Part shown: positions 30,931-41,858 of the stretch, piece by piece
Numbering within the stretch: the stretch's first letter is position 1
Layout: every line of letters begins with the position of its first letter
Assembly: GCA_963727825.1 (NCBI GenBank)
Contig: CAVSHO010000011.1
Coordinates: 256,001 to 320,000, forward strand
Length of the DNA: 64,000 nt
Source of the DNA: Ignavibacteriota bacterium
GTDB lineage: Bacteria > Bacteroidota > Ignavibacteria > UBA10030
Direction: 5' to 3'
Made by a program: the position numbers and the translations under genes
The notes under the pieces: generated by a model
Database searches by the model: none
What the model saw: only the letters and a program-made list of their open reading frames with translations
What the model was told of the DNA's origin: nothing

Positions 30931-32016
30931 ATGCAAATAGGAATTGTTGGCATCCCGTTCTGCGGAAAATCCACATTATTTCAAACCATCACGAAAACTC
31001 ATATTGACCCGACAGCCCTTGCAAAGGCAGAATCGCATCACGCTATAGTAAAAATTCCTGATATCCGGCTGGACAAATGTTCTGAAATATTCTCTCCTAA
31101 AAGGACTATACATGCAACCATCGAATTTGTTGATGTTGTAGGATTGAAAAAAGGCGAGTCCGGCTCAACGCAGTTTTCCACAAACTTTCTATCAAATGTC
31201 AAAACAAACGATGCGCTTGTGCAGGTTGTTCGCTTGTTTGCGAACGATACTGTCCCGCATCCTGACAGCTCAATCAATGCTATGCGGGATATCGAAGCAT
31301 TTGAAACTGAATTTATTCTTTCCGACTTGTCTCTTGTCGAGACACGAATTGATCGGATTAAGAAACAGCTTCTAAAAATGCAAGATGAACTTGCCAAGCG
31401 TGAACTGCCTGTATTAGAAAAATGCAAGCAAATCCTTGAAACTGAAAAACCATTGCGCGAAATCGCATTCACGAAAGATGAACTGCATCTTCTAAAGACT
31501 TACCAGCTTCTTTCCATCAAACCGATGCTCATCGCATTGAACTTAGATGAATCTCAGCGAAGCGACATGGAAAATCTCGTAAAACAAGTAGCCGAAAAGA
31601 AAGAAGGAACGAACACGAAGGTGGTTTCTTTCTTCGGCAAGATAGAGATGGAAATGTCCGAGCTGGCGGATGATGAAGCAAAAGTATTCATGGAAGAATA
31701 CGGAATCAAAGAATCTGCACTCAATACGTTGATTCGCGAAGCATATGCGTTGCTCGGACTTCAATCATTCTTCACGGTCGGCGAAGACGAATGCCGGGCA
31801 TGGACAATCAAAAAGGGAATGAATGCACAGGAATCGGCAGGCGTGATTCATTCTGACTTTTTTGCAAAATTCATTCGTGCGGAAGTTGTCTCATACGATC
31901 ACTTCATCGCCGCTGGAGGTTCTTTTGCTAAAACAAAAGAACTCGGACAATGGCGGCTTGAAGGAAAAGAATATATTGTAAAAGACGGAGATATTATATC
32001 TATAAGACATAGCTGA
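30931..32016 (+). CDS. ychF: YchF/OLA1-family ATPase (atypical G motifs)
   Basis: GKSTLF, FVDVVGL, SFFTVGEDECRAW, AGVIHSDF, EGKEYIVKDGD. Confidence 0.9.
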   Translation: MQIGIVGIPFCGKSTLFQTITKTHIDPTALAKAESHHAIVKIPDIRLDKCSEIFSPKRTIHATIEFVDVVGLKKGESGSTQFSTNFLSNVKTNDALVQVVRLFANDTVPHPDSSINAMRDIEAFETEFILSDLSLVETRIDRIKKQLLKMQDELAKRELPVLEKCKQILETEKPLREIAFTKDELHLLKTYQLLSIKPMLIALNLDESQRSDMENLVKQVAEKKEGTNTKVVSFFGKIEMEMSELADDEAKVFMEEYGIKESALNTLIREAYALLGLQSFFTVGEDECRAWTIKKGMNAQESAGVIHSDFFAKFIRAEVVSYDHFIAAGGSFAKTKELGQWRLEGKEYIVKDGDIISIRHS

Positions 32017-32088
32017 TGTAATTTGATAATTGATAAAACGCATTTTACATTAATTATAAATATCAATAAAATGAAAGGGTGAATATAA

Positions 32089-32664
32089 ATGCCAAGTCTA
32101 CATGGGACACAAACAGAGAAGAATCTCTTAGCGGCATTTGCCGGAGAATCTCAGGCGCGAAATCGCTACACTTTTTTTGCCTCTGCAGCAAAGAAAGAAG
32201 GGTATGAACAGATCGCCGCGATATTTTTAGAGTCTGCTGATAATGAAAAAGAACATGCCAAACGATTTTTCAAGTTTCTTGAAGGTGGCGCAGTCGAAAT
32301 CACTGCATCGTATCCGGCAGGTGTCATCGGCACAACAAAAGAAAATCTGAAAGCAGCAGCAGACGGAGAACATGAAGAATTCGCTGAACTGTATCCGCAT
32401 TTCGCCGAAGTCGCTAAACAGGAAGGATTTTCTGAGATTGCTCTTGCGTTTCGTACAATCGCACTCGTTGAAAAACAACACGAAGCACGCTATCGCAAGT
32501 ACCAGAAACAAGTGGAAGACGGAACTGTCTTTAAGAGGGAAAAAGTTGTTCGTTGGAGGTGCCGAAATTGCGGATACATCCACGAAGGGAAAACTCCCCC
32601 CGTAAAATGTCCGGCATGTCTGCATCCTGAATCATATTTTGAAGAATGGGAACAGATAGACTAA
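32089..32664 (+). CDS. rbr: Rubrerythrin
   Basis: [28 protein letters not shown]...CPACLHP. Confidence 0.95.
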   Translation: MPSLHGTQTEKNLLAAFAGESQARNRYTFFASAAKKEGYEQIAAIFLESADNEKEHAKRFFKFLEGGAVEITASYPAGVIGTTKENLKAAADGEHEEFAELYPHFAEVAKQEGFSEIALAFRTIALVEKQHEARYRKYQKQVEDGTVFKREKVVRWRCRNCGYIHEGKTPPVKCPACLHPESYFEEWEQID

Positions 32665-32684
32665 AAATCGCCCTCATGTTCATT

Positions 32685-32730
32685 TAAAGCTAACGCCAGA
32701 CTCTTACAAGAATCTGGCGTTAGCTTTTTT
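32685..32730. terminator. Probably bidirectional terminator between convergent genes
   Basis: aaagctaacgccaga...tctggcgttagcttt followed by a T tract. Confidence 0.85.
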
Positions 32731-32744
32731 GATATTTCACTTTA

Positions 32745-33800
32745 TTATTTCAACATTGGTTTTGCACGCTTGATAAATTGGAGCGGTACACCCCACGGAT
32801 TACGTAACATAAGGATTTCATCGCCGCTCGCGCTAATTGTAATGTCGTCTGCAAGCGTTGCGCCAGCTGCTATTAATGCGTTGCGAATTGCGTGCACATC
32901 ATCTACGACAAACGCAATATGGAGAGATAAATGATTTATCTTCGACATATCCAATACCGGATATCCGCTATTGTTGTATAATTCAAACATCATATTATTA
33001 CCGGCGTCTGCCACAAAATTTGTATAAGTAGGCGGAGTGCCTTTCCGATTAACCTTCATACCAAGATTTTCACAATACCAATTCGTCATGCTTTGGGGAT
33101 CCGCAACATTAAGCGCAAAATGCTCTGGCCGTGTGCCCGTGGGAATAAGCATTGGTGAAATTCTTTTTACAAATTGAATAGCAAGTCCCCACGGATCGCG
33201 CATCATCAATATTTGATCTCCGGATGGTATTGTAGTTATATCTTCTACGAGCTTCGCTCCTGCGATAAGAAGCGAATCGCGCATTGCTTTCACATCATCA
33301 GTCATAAATGCGAGATGCATGGCCATATGACTGATGGAGGCAAAGTCGAGGACAGGTATATTTGGATTGTTGTACAACTCACACATCATATTCCCAGCAG
33401 AATCTCCAATAAAATGTGTATTCCCAGGAGGTGGGCTCTTTCGGACAATTTTCATCCCTAAATGTTCACAATACCACTTGGCAACCGCTGCCGGATCTTT
33501 GACATTGAATGCAATGTGCTCTAAGCGCGGTTGTTTCTTTAATGAAACGATTTGACCGTTTGATTGATCAGCTTGATTTGCCATATTTATATTTTCCTTT
33601 AATACTATAGAATTGTTCTTCACTGTTACTTCATTCAACTTCTTATCCGAATCGATAGAGACACTGCTCTTAATAGAATCGACACTCGATGATGCCGAAA
33701 ATAAATGGAAGACCCCAAGGATAAGGCAGATGACGATAGATAAAGTTGTATTGAATATTTGATTTAATCTAGTTCGGTAAATCATGGTATTCTTTCCCAT
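32745..33800 (-). CDS. Tandem VOC/glyoxalase-domain protein with N-terminal signal/TM segment
   Basis: Two copies of EH(I/F)A.NV.DP...WYCE.LGMK...H(L/I)AF..DDV...R(D/N)PWG..QF.KR. Confidence 0.85.
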   Translation of the reverse strand: MGKNTMIYRTRLNQIFNTTLSIVICLILGVFHLFSASSSVDSIKSSVSIDSDKKLNEVTVKNNSIVLKENINMANQADQSNGQIVSLKKQPRLEHIAFNVKDPAAVAKWYCEHLGMKIVRKSPPPGNTHFIGDSAGNMMCELYNNPNIPVLDFASISHMAMHLAFMTDDVKAMRDSLLIAGAKLVEDITTIPSGDQILMMRDPWGLAIQFVKRISPMLIPTGTRPEHFALNVADPQSMTNWYCENLGMKVNRKGTPPTYTNFVADAGNNMMFELYNNSGYPVLDMSKINHLSLHIAFVVDDVHAIRNALIAAGATLADDITISASGDEILMLRNPWGVPLQFIKRAKPMLK

Positions 33801-33852
33801 TCTTAATCGTTAATCATCATGTCAGAAACATTATTTCGTAAAACATATCCAA

Positions 33853-34338
33853 TCAATGAGGTAAGAATGCATCAAGAGCCGCTTTTGCGACAATACCATC
33901 CTGGTCGGAAGTTCCACCGCTTACGCCAATAGCACCAAGATATTGCTCATCAATTACAATCGGAAGCCCACCCTCAATAGGAATTGCACCAGGCAATGCG
34001 AGGAGAACATTTCTTCCAGCAAGTGCCCGCTCTTCAAATGACTTTGTCGGTCGCTTAAATGAAATGGCTGTTTTTGCTTTTTGAGTAGCAACTTCAATAC
34101 TTCCGATCTGAGTATTGTCCATTCGTTCCAGATACATCACATTGCCTCCATCATCAACAATAACGATAACCATCGTCCACTTATTTTTTATTGCTTCTGA
34201 TTCAGCAAGAGCTGCAAGTTTCTTTGCTGCCTCTAATGTCAGCGCCTTCTTCGTGGTCAACTGAGCACTCGTAGGAAATGCAATGACCAGAACAAACATA
34301 ATCACAGAAATAATTGTTAATAGTCGGCTTTTCTTCAT
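33853..34338 (-). CDS. GlcG/HbpS family heme-binding protein, exported
   Basis: IVDDGG..ERMD, KAKTA, GGLPI, GAIGVSGG; signal peptide. Confidence 0.88.
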   Translation of the reverse strand: MKKSRLLTIISVIMFVLVIAFPTSAQLTTKKALTLEAAKKLAALAESEAIKNKWTMVIVIVDDGGNVMYLERMDNTQIGSIEVATQKAKTAISFKRPTKSFEERALAGRNVLLALPGAIPIEGGLPIVIDEQYLGAIGVSGGTSDQDGIVAKAALDAFLPH

Positions 34339-34468
34339 ACCACCTCCAAGCATATTTACTAGAAATAAGTAATATTGAAAATTTAACCAAATGGAACTTC
34401 AGAAACAAAAGAAAAGCCTAATCGGACGAAATCCAATTTTGCTTGAAAAATTGGGAAAACCAGTTGGG

Positions 34469-37400
34469 CTACTTTAACAGAATTGCTTTCTTCACTGCAT
34501 TAAAAGTTGCGGTATGCACTTTATAAAAATAGACACCGGTCGTTAATGCTGATGCATCCCAATTAACCTGATAGATCCCCGCCGGCTTTACTTCATCTAA
34601 CAATGTCATAACTTCGCGTCCAAGTACGTCGTAGACTTTAATTGTCACGAGTCCGGTAGCCGGAATTTGGAATTGGAAAGTTGTCGTTGGGTTGAACGGG
34701 TTCGGATAATTTTGTGAAACATTGAAATGCATAGGAATGGCAGAAATGATATTTGAAACACCGCATTATCACTCCGGTTCCACCGCTTTCTTTATATCTC
34801 GCCGCGAATTCCTGCACGTAAAGACGTGCAATGTCTCTGGAATGTTGATAATGAGAGTATTTTCATCGTTATCATTTTCTGCGGCAAGTAGACCAATTGT
34901 GGCTACCCATAATGACTAAGGGATCATTAGCATTAATTGAATGGATCAACAACACCATATTTGTGATGGAACAAACCAGTTACAACACTGTGGCCTGCCT
35001 GCAGATGCACGTCCACTCCAAAGCAACCAGAGCATCGAATACACGTTCCTAGTATCGGTGCTGTTGTCAATAAGTCCACGAACATTATCAGCCGAATTTT
35101 TTTTTGCAATAAGTGATTTCGCGATATCACCACGCGTAAAAGCATAACTCCAAATCAATAGATATTTTTGTTTCATTCAGAGGGCTTAATGATGAAGTCG
35201 TTGTCGTGCCATCAGAGGGACTGAAGTACGATTCCACCGGTATTCCACTGATATTGAAATAATGAGGAGTATTATCCAGCTTATGCGCACCAAATCGAGA
35301 ATTCGTAGCATTCGGCATGCTGGTGCTACTCCCCCACATTTCATTAAACTCGGTTGTGTAGGCATTTGCCAGCGCCCTATCCTGGATTTCTATAACATTT
35401 TGTGCATCATCGGTATTACCGGGATCCGTTGCATTCCAAGAACCAGAGATAACCCAGCTGGTTGTGTCAGATGTAGTATCCTGCATATCAATGATGAAGA
35501 ATTTATTATGCATCAACCCGGCACCAGCATTTGTAGCATCATATGTATCAAAAATAACAATGATACCGGAATTAGTGAGTGTAGTCCACGGAGCTGTCGT
35601 ATGGTTATCGTATTCGCCGATAACGCGCACTGTAGTACCACGTCCCTTGGCACTTATTAAGGCAGTCGCAATTTTCGCTCCTACTGTGCCGCTAAGACTA
35701 TATAGGGCAACATCGACGGAATATTTTGCTGCATTGATCCTATTAATAACTTTACTCGAGATATCGACATTCTGCGCATTCTCACCTTTAGCTAACGCCG
35801 TGTTGACAGAATGGTTGAAATACACATTCATTGTTCCTTTAGAAGACTGAGAAGCAGTAGAAACAATGTAATCGTTTGTATACGTTATACCACCAGCAGA
35901 ATTTCTCGATCCAAGTTTAATGTGATATATAGTTGCAGGTAGCAATCCATTGAGTACCAATTGGTGACTGGTAACAGCATTTGTATCTATCAACGTATCT
36001 GTGTATGTCGTTGTCAGACCGCGAATGACAATTGAACTTCCCGGCGAATCCGTCTGCCAGGAAATTGTGATACTACTAGAAGTCATATTACTTTCGTATG
36101 GTACACCTGAGATGATGCGAGGCCCCGCTCCTTCAACAATAATATCACTATATGTTCTCGGCAAGATTTGATATTCTGTATAATATTGTCCTAGGACACC
36201 AACAACATCAAATTTTCCAGATGGAGCTGATGTATTGCAGAGGCTATTATTTGCCTTTATATATGTTTGCAGCGTATCTGTACCAGATATCAAATACAAA
36301 GTACTTGCAACACCGGTCGTGCCCCATGTTGTCGCAGGTGATTTGGCAGAAGTAATGACCGAAGTTATATTACTAACTCGTATCAAACGACATTCATATG
36401 GTTCAACTCCATTTTGATTCTGTCCTTTGATTGATGCAATTGTTAATGTCGTTGTATCTACAGGATTTCCCTGGCTAATCACTTGTAAAAGCGAACAAGG
36501 ATTGAGTTCAAACATATTTTGGTATGGAGAGACAACGCCCAGTAATACTACTTCATCTCCTCGATTGATATTTTGGGACACCGTTGAATCATACACAGAA
36601 ATCCCAGCCGTCGCATCCTGTATATATGCCGGTCCACCAAATTCATTTGCGACCGTAACAACACCTTGGACTACTACATACTTGCCAGTAAGTACATGCA
36701 CACCTGAGCCATCCTTTACTTTCACTTGACTCATTGCTCTTGGTGAACCGTAAACAAGAAGTTGTGGGAGAGATGAAATTTAACCGTACGAACCTACGCT
36801 TTTGTAAGTTTGAATGATTATAGAAAATACATCTGTTGTATCAATCGATTTGACATTTGCGATTGTTACAACAAGACTATCTTGGTTAATCAAATTGATA
36901 TCGGCAATCTGCACGGTATCCGAAAAAAAAGTGGCTTTTATTGAATCCGGTGAAACTGAGGCCATTTTTGTTTCCCAATTCAAAACAGAAGGCTTGATAA
37001 TTCGAAATCCGTTGATGGTATCTCCTGCCGCTCGAACAACAAATTGAAGTGAGGTTGGCTCATTATATTTGAATATATACGGAGATACGGAAGCCGAACC
37101 GATTCCGCTGGTTTGTATGGTCGTCGAATTTACGCTCCCATTTATGACAATATTATTTAGTCGAAAATTGCCTGTGCTTGATGCCCCATAGCCCCATATT
37201 CGAAAAGTTACTTGACTTGAAGTTGTTGGAGGAATTGATGTCAATGAAAATTGATCCAAGGAAGATGTATTTGAGTTGGCAGTTTCTCCCAGAGCCGTTA
37301 TTCCATTAGTTGTAAAATCATCTAAGCTATATTGCACTTGAATTTTAGCTGGTCCAGTTGCAGTGCGACCTGCATTAAATGTTACTGAAGAAATAATTAT

Positions 37401-37709
37401 TTGATAGCCATACTTGGGAGTAACAGAAAACTCCCAGTACTTCCCTGTAGTAGAAAATGCCGATGACGTTGACCATGTCCCGCAATAGATGTCGCCAGGA
37501 CTGGTTTGATACGCAAGTGTGGTCGAAGGAATCACGTTAATCGCGTTTGCTGTTAGATTGGCGTTTATCGAAGTCGCAGTTGTGGTTGCGGAAGTCAAAT
37601 TCCAGGTAGCGATTTGTGCTTGTGCACTTGCAAATGCAAGCAAAGCAATAATTAACAACGCTGTATATCTTAATATTTTCAGCACAACAAATTGAATTAG
37701 TTTTTTCAT
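34469..37709 (-). pseudogene. T9SS-secreted multidomain PLD-family (HKD) nuclease/phospholipase, split by several indels
   Basis: Signal peptide, OB-fold-like (GVVT..YIQDATAGI), Fn3-like, MHNKFFIID and FHHKYGVVD HKD motifs, CTD SQNYPNPFNPTT...GVYFY. Confidence 0.75.
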
Positions 37710-37842
37710 ATTACCCCCCAGAAAAGATCAATAAAACATTTTTATCGATTTCAATATAACCAATTTCTATTTCATAGCACAAATGATTCCGTCACAATTG
37801 GAAATTCAATCGGGTTTCGATATATTGCAAAAAAGGAATAAA

Positions 37843-38220
37843 ATGACAGAAGTTGCAGTAGCCGTATTAAGAAGAAATAATCTAATCCTAGTCTGTCAGC
37901 GAAAGCACGGTGGCAGGTATTCGTTAAAATGGGAATTCCCCGGCGGTAAGCTTGAACCGGGTGAATCGGTGGAACAATGTCTCCACCGTGAGCTTCAAGA
38001 AGAATTATCGATAGAGATCCATGCCATAGAACGAATCCAAACCGAGGCGACATATTACGAAGACGGCGGGATGTTCAATGTTTCTTACTGTTTCGTCTCA
38101 GGATTTGACGACGAGCCGCAAAATAATGTCTTCGAACAAATCCGCTGGGTCACAATAGACGAATTGAAAAAAATGGATTTACTCGATGGCACCAAACTTT
38201 TTGTGGAAAAGTTAATGTAA
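37843..38220 (+). CDS. mutT: MutT-like NUDIX hydrolase
   Basis: WEFPGGKLEPGES..CLHRELQEELS Nudix box. Confidence 0.85.
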   Translation: MTEVAVAVLRRNNLILVCQRKHGGRYSLKWEFPGGKLEPGESVEQCLHRELQEELSIEIHAIERIQTEATYYEDGGMFNVSYCFVSGFDDEPQNNVFEQIRWVTIDELKKMDLLDGTKLFVEKLM

Positions 38221-38246
38221 TAATATTTATAAGTTCTCATAATATA

Positions 38247-38885
38247 ATGCCGAAAACAAAATCCGCGCAACTAAAAGATCTGACTCATTTTTATAAAGAG
38301 CGAAGAATTTCAATCAGAAAAAGGCTGAAGGAATTTTCTAAAGTTCAACCAGCAGATTATTTCTACGAACTTGTTTATTGCCTCCTCACTCCGCAATCAA
38401 GTGCTGCTCATGCTGAACAAGTCGTCGCCATACTTCGCCATGCTGGATTCCAATATCGCAGCGTAAATCCAGAACCATTTCTTCGTCAGAAAGAATATTA
38501 TATTCGTTTTCATAGGACAAAATCCCGGCATCTTCTCCGGATGAAGGATCAATTCTCTATTATTGCTCAAAAATTGTCAGAGCCTATTTCAGCTACGGAG
38601 TTGCGTGAATGGCTTGTAAATAATATTCTCGGCTTAGGATATAAAGAAGCATCACATTTTTTACGCAATATCGGCAAAAATGATGGTCTTGCAATACTCG
38701 ATCGGCATATTTTACGAAACTTAAAACGACTCAGCGTGATTAGCTCAATTCCGAAATCTATTAGTAAAAAACATTATTTGGATATAGAAAAACGTTTTTC
38801 AAAGTTTGCGATTGATTTAGGTATCGCATTAGATGAACTTGATCTTGTCTTCTGGAGCATGGAAACCGGCGAAATCAGGAAATGA
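38247..38885 (+). CDS. ogg: 8-oxoguanine DNA glycosylase/AP lyase (Ogg2 type)
   Basis: CLLTPQSSA, GLGYKEASHFLRN (HhH), ILDRHI, C-terminal TGEIRK. Confidence 0.9.
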   Translation: MPKTKSAQLKDLTHFYKERRISIRKRLKEFSKVQPADYFYELVYCLLTPQSSAAHAEQVVAILRHAGFQYRSVNPEPFLRQKEYYIRFHRTKSRHLLRMKDQFSIIAQKLSEPISATELREWLVNNILGLGYKEASHFLRNIGKNDGLAILDRHILRNLKRLSVISSIPKSISKKHYLDIEKRFSKFAIDLGIALDELDLVFWSMETGEIRK

Positions 38886-38958
38886 TAAATCCGGCATTGC
38901 TCTTTGAGAGCTCTGATTGACTTTTAAGTCGAAAGTAACAATATTAAATCAAAAAATA

Positions 38959-39060
38959 CACCACCCCTTCATCCCCTCCTCGTTTGAGGAGGGGAAACCG
39001 GCCCGATTTATGGCACTTTTCAACATATAGTATCTGAATATCGGGACGTAGGGGAGGTGG
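38959..39060. repeat. Palindromic repeat (tcccctcctc family), copy 2
   Basis: Inverted homolog of 3201-3279. Confidence 0.8.
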
Positions 39061-39132
39061 ACAATTTTAAAGAATATTTAATGCGTAACATAAGAAATAT
39101 TTCAATCCAACGTTAAAACAATAATCAATCTC

Positions 39133-39630
39133 ATGGCACAACAAAACTCATTTGATATTGTATCAGAAGTAAATCTTCAAGAAGTCGATAATGCAGTGAA
39201 TCAGGCGCAAAAAGAAATAATCCAGCGTTATGATTTTAAAGCAATTCGTACTTCCATCGAATTAGATCAGAAAGAGAAAAAAATCACTTTAATAACAGGT
39301 GATGAATTTCATATGAAAAGCATTGTTGACATTTTGCAATCTAAATTGATCAAACGCAGTGTTCCGATAAAAGCGCTCCGCTATGGAACCATAGAACCAG
39401 CAGCCGGCAATTCTGTGCGGCAAACGGTTACATTGCAGGTTGGTATTGCGAAAGACGACGCAAAAATTATTACGAAACTTGTGAAAGACTCAAAATTAAA
39501 AGTGCAAGCGCAAATCATGGAAGATCAAGTGCGGGTGAGCGGGAAGAACAAAGACGACCTGCAGGCTATCATGGCGCTGATTCGTAGTCACGATTTTCCG
39601 TTTGCATTGCAATTCGTGAATTACAGATAG
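39133..39630 (+). CDS. yajQ: YajQ family nucleotide-binding protein
   Basis: SFDIVSEV..EVDNAV..RYDFK, VRVSGK..DDLQ, LQFVNYR. Confidence 0.95.
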   Translation: MAQQNSFDIVSEVNLQEVDNAVNQAQKEIIQRYDFKAIRTSIELDQKEKKITLITGDEFHMKSIVDILQSKLIKRSVPIKALRYGTIEPAAGNSVRQTVTLQVGIAKDDAKIITKLVKDSKLKVQAQIMEDQVRVSGKNKDDLQAIMALIRSHDFPFALQFVNYR

Positions 39631-41214
39631 ATGAGACTCGCCTGTTTTTCAAAAGCTATCTTTTTTTCTTTTGTATTCTCGTTGTGCCAAGCCCAAACAA
39701 CGGAGTACAAAACATTTATTTCCTTTCGCCTTACGTCTGGAGATACGACAGTTATCGGTGGTGTGGACAGCGCCGGAGTTCTGTTCTTTTCTCTCAATGA
39801 TTTTTTAAAATCATTACAGCTTCCGGCATCTGTTAATGATACTACTGGAAAGATCGAATGTCTCATTGGAATGCAGCTTGTTCGTTTTACAAATCACAAT
39901 CCTTTTGTTGTTATCACAGAACGAACGAGTAATACTTCAACAGTTTATCAAATGTCCAGCAATGTTCTCTGCAAACACGGTGAATTTTTTGTATCAGCAA
40001 GCGCATTTATTCCTTTGTATGAAAGTCTCACCGAACAACGTCTTTCAATCAATTCGCAGCAGAACACATTATCATTGGAAACTTTCCCAACTTCAAAATA
40101 CTCAATTACAGGAATCCAAATCGAAAAAAAGGTCAACGGTTCTCTCGTTACCATCCTTGCCAATAATAAACTGGGTGATGTTGAACGGTGGTTAAAGCCT
40201 GATGGATGGCTTTTTGTGACAATCATGGGCGCAAAAGCTGATACGAGCATTCTTAATGCTACCAAACCATTTGGTGCAGTACGAAAAGTGTTGGCATTTC
40301 AATCACCTGCATCTCTTCAATTAACATTTCAAGTAACCCCAGATGTTGTGCAGGCGGAGACCGTGAATGACCCTGCTTCCAACGACATCCACATCTCGCT
40401 CCGAACCCTTTCAACTTCAGAAAAAGAAGAATTGAAGAAAAAGAAACAGGAAGAAAAGAAGCAACAGTTGAATAACGGACGTGACCGATGGAAGTTAGAT
40501 GTTATTGTGATTGATGCAGGACATGGCGGAAGAGATCCAGGCTGTATTGGAGTCGTTGGAACACGCGAGAAAAATATTACGCTGGATGTAGGACTTAAAC
40601 TCGGTCATCTTATTGAAACAAATCTTAAAGATGTAAAAGTCGTGTACACTCGATCCTCCGATAAGTTTGTTGAGTTATACCGGCGTACACAGATTGCCAA
40701 TGAGGCAGGCGGTAAATTGTTTATCAGTATCCATTGTAATTCTCTGCCGCATAAACCGTCGAGTATGAATGGATTCGAGATTTATTTGCTTCGTCCAGGC
40801 CGCACCGAAGAAGCTGTCGCTATTGCTTCACGCGAAAATGCCGTTATTCAACTTGAAGAAGGATACAAAGAGCGTTATCAGAAATTAACCGAAGAGGAAT
40901 TTATAATTGTAACGATGGCACAAAGTGCATATATGAAACAAAGTGAACAATTTGCCGAAAGTGCAGCCAACTCAATGGCAAAGCGCCTGCGTATTAAAAA
41001 CAGCGGCGTTAAACAAGCGGGTTTCTTTGTTCTCGTCGGTGCGTCGATGCCCAATGTACTCGTGGAATTGGGATATTTATCTAATAGAAATGAAGAACAG
41101 TTCTTACGCAGTGAGAGTGGACAAGACAGGATAGCTGATGCTCTATTTAGAGGAGTAAAAGAATATAAAATTAAGTATGAAAAAGAACTACAAGAAGGAA
41201 TTGATAGTAAATAA
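39631..41214 (+). CDS. N-acetylmuramoyl-L-alanine amidase (Amidase_3)
   Basis: IDAGHGGRDPG, REK, FISIHCNS, VLVELGYLSN. Confidence 0.93.
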   Translation: MRLACFSKAIFFSFVFSLCQAQTTEYKTFISFRLTSGDTTVIGGVDSAGVLFFSLNDFLKSLQLPASVNDTTGKIECLIGMQLVRFTNHNPFVVITERTSNTSTVYQMSSNVLCKHGEFFVSASAFIPLYESLTEQRLSINSQQNTLSLETFPTSKYSITGIQIEKKVNGSLVTILANNKLGDVERWLKPDGWLFVTIMGAKADTSILNATKPFGAVRKVLAFQSPASLQLTFQVTPDVVQAETVNDPASNDIHISLRTLSTSEKEELKKKKQEEKKQQLNNGRDRWKLDVIVIDAGHGGRDPGCIGVVGTREKNITLDVGLKLGHLIETNLKDVKVVYTRSSDKFVELYRRTQIANEAGGKLFISIHCNSLPHKPSSMNGFEIYLLRPGRTEEAVAIASRENAVIQLEEGYKERYQKLTEEEFIIVTMAQSAYMKQSEQFAESAANSMAKRLRIKNSGVKQAGFFVLVGASMPNVLVELGYLSNRNEEQFLRSESGQDRIADALFRGVKEYKIKYEKELQEGIDSK

Positions 41215-41243
41215 CCTTGCGAAGGTTTAAACCTTCGCAAGGT
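41214..41243. repeat. REP flanking RAYT2 (perfect 30-bp palindrome)
   Basis: accttgcgaaggtttaaaccttcgcaaggt. Confidence 0.9.
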
Positions 41244-41250
41244 CAGTATA

Positions 41251-41811
41251 TTAATCAAGCATAAAACGTTCAAGTTTTTCATCAACGCGAGCCCTTCGTT
41301 GTGACTCTATAAAATCGCGGTATTGTTCCCCATTATCAAAATAGGAATTTCTAAAAGATAGATCCGTACGATCTGAATTTCGAATATCTATCCATTCCTT
41401 GTAGTCAGAAAACTCCCATTCTTCCGGTGTATTGACTAATTGTGCCGAAACTGGATTAAGATGTATGTAGGCACATAACTGAACAGTATACAAGTCGTTA
41501 TCTACCTCGCGAGCTTTCGCTCTGCCTTCGAAAAGCGTTCCTGATCTCTAATATTGTTTATTGAACGCCTGTGTGTATGCATTAAATAGTGTCTGAATGC
41601 AGCGTTGAATGGAGCCCTCTAATGATTGCTGGAGCAGGAAATGGAAATGATTGGGCATGAGACAATATGCACGAATGGAGATTTTATACTCGATTGCGTA
41701 TTTGTGCATAAGCCGCAAGCAATAGCGATAATTTTCTTGTGAGAGAAATATTTTTCCTTTGTTCGCACCTCTGTTATAAACGTGGTAGTATTTTTCTGGT
41801 TTGTATTTCAT
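41251..41811 (-). pseudogene. RAYT/IS200-like transposase with in-frame TAG at 41548-41550
   Basis: YYHVYNRG, AYCLMPNHFHFLL, FNKQY*RSGTLFEGR, YIHLNPV..LV..PEEWEFSD all in one frame. Confidence 0.9.
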
Positions 41812-41819
41812 TGTGGTAG

Positions 41820-41856
41820 CAACCTTGCGAAGGATTGGGAACCTTCGTAAGGGTTG
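41820..41856. repeat. REP flanking RAYT2
   Basis: caaccttgcgaagg-attgggaa-ccttcgtaagggttg. Confidence 0.85.
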
Positions 41857-41858
41857 TG

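Noticed and set aside
41548-41550. In-frame TAG (and TAA near 22238) as stop-codon recoding
   Set aside because: TAG and TAA end normal genes here (yajQ, pgpA, nuoD), and both cases lie in mobile or accessory genes, so nonsense mutation is simpler.
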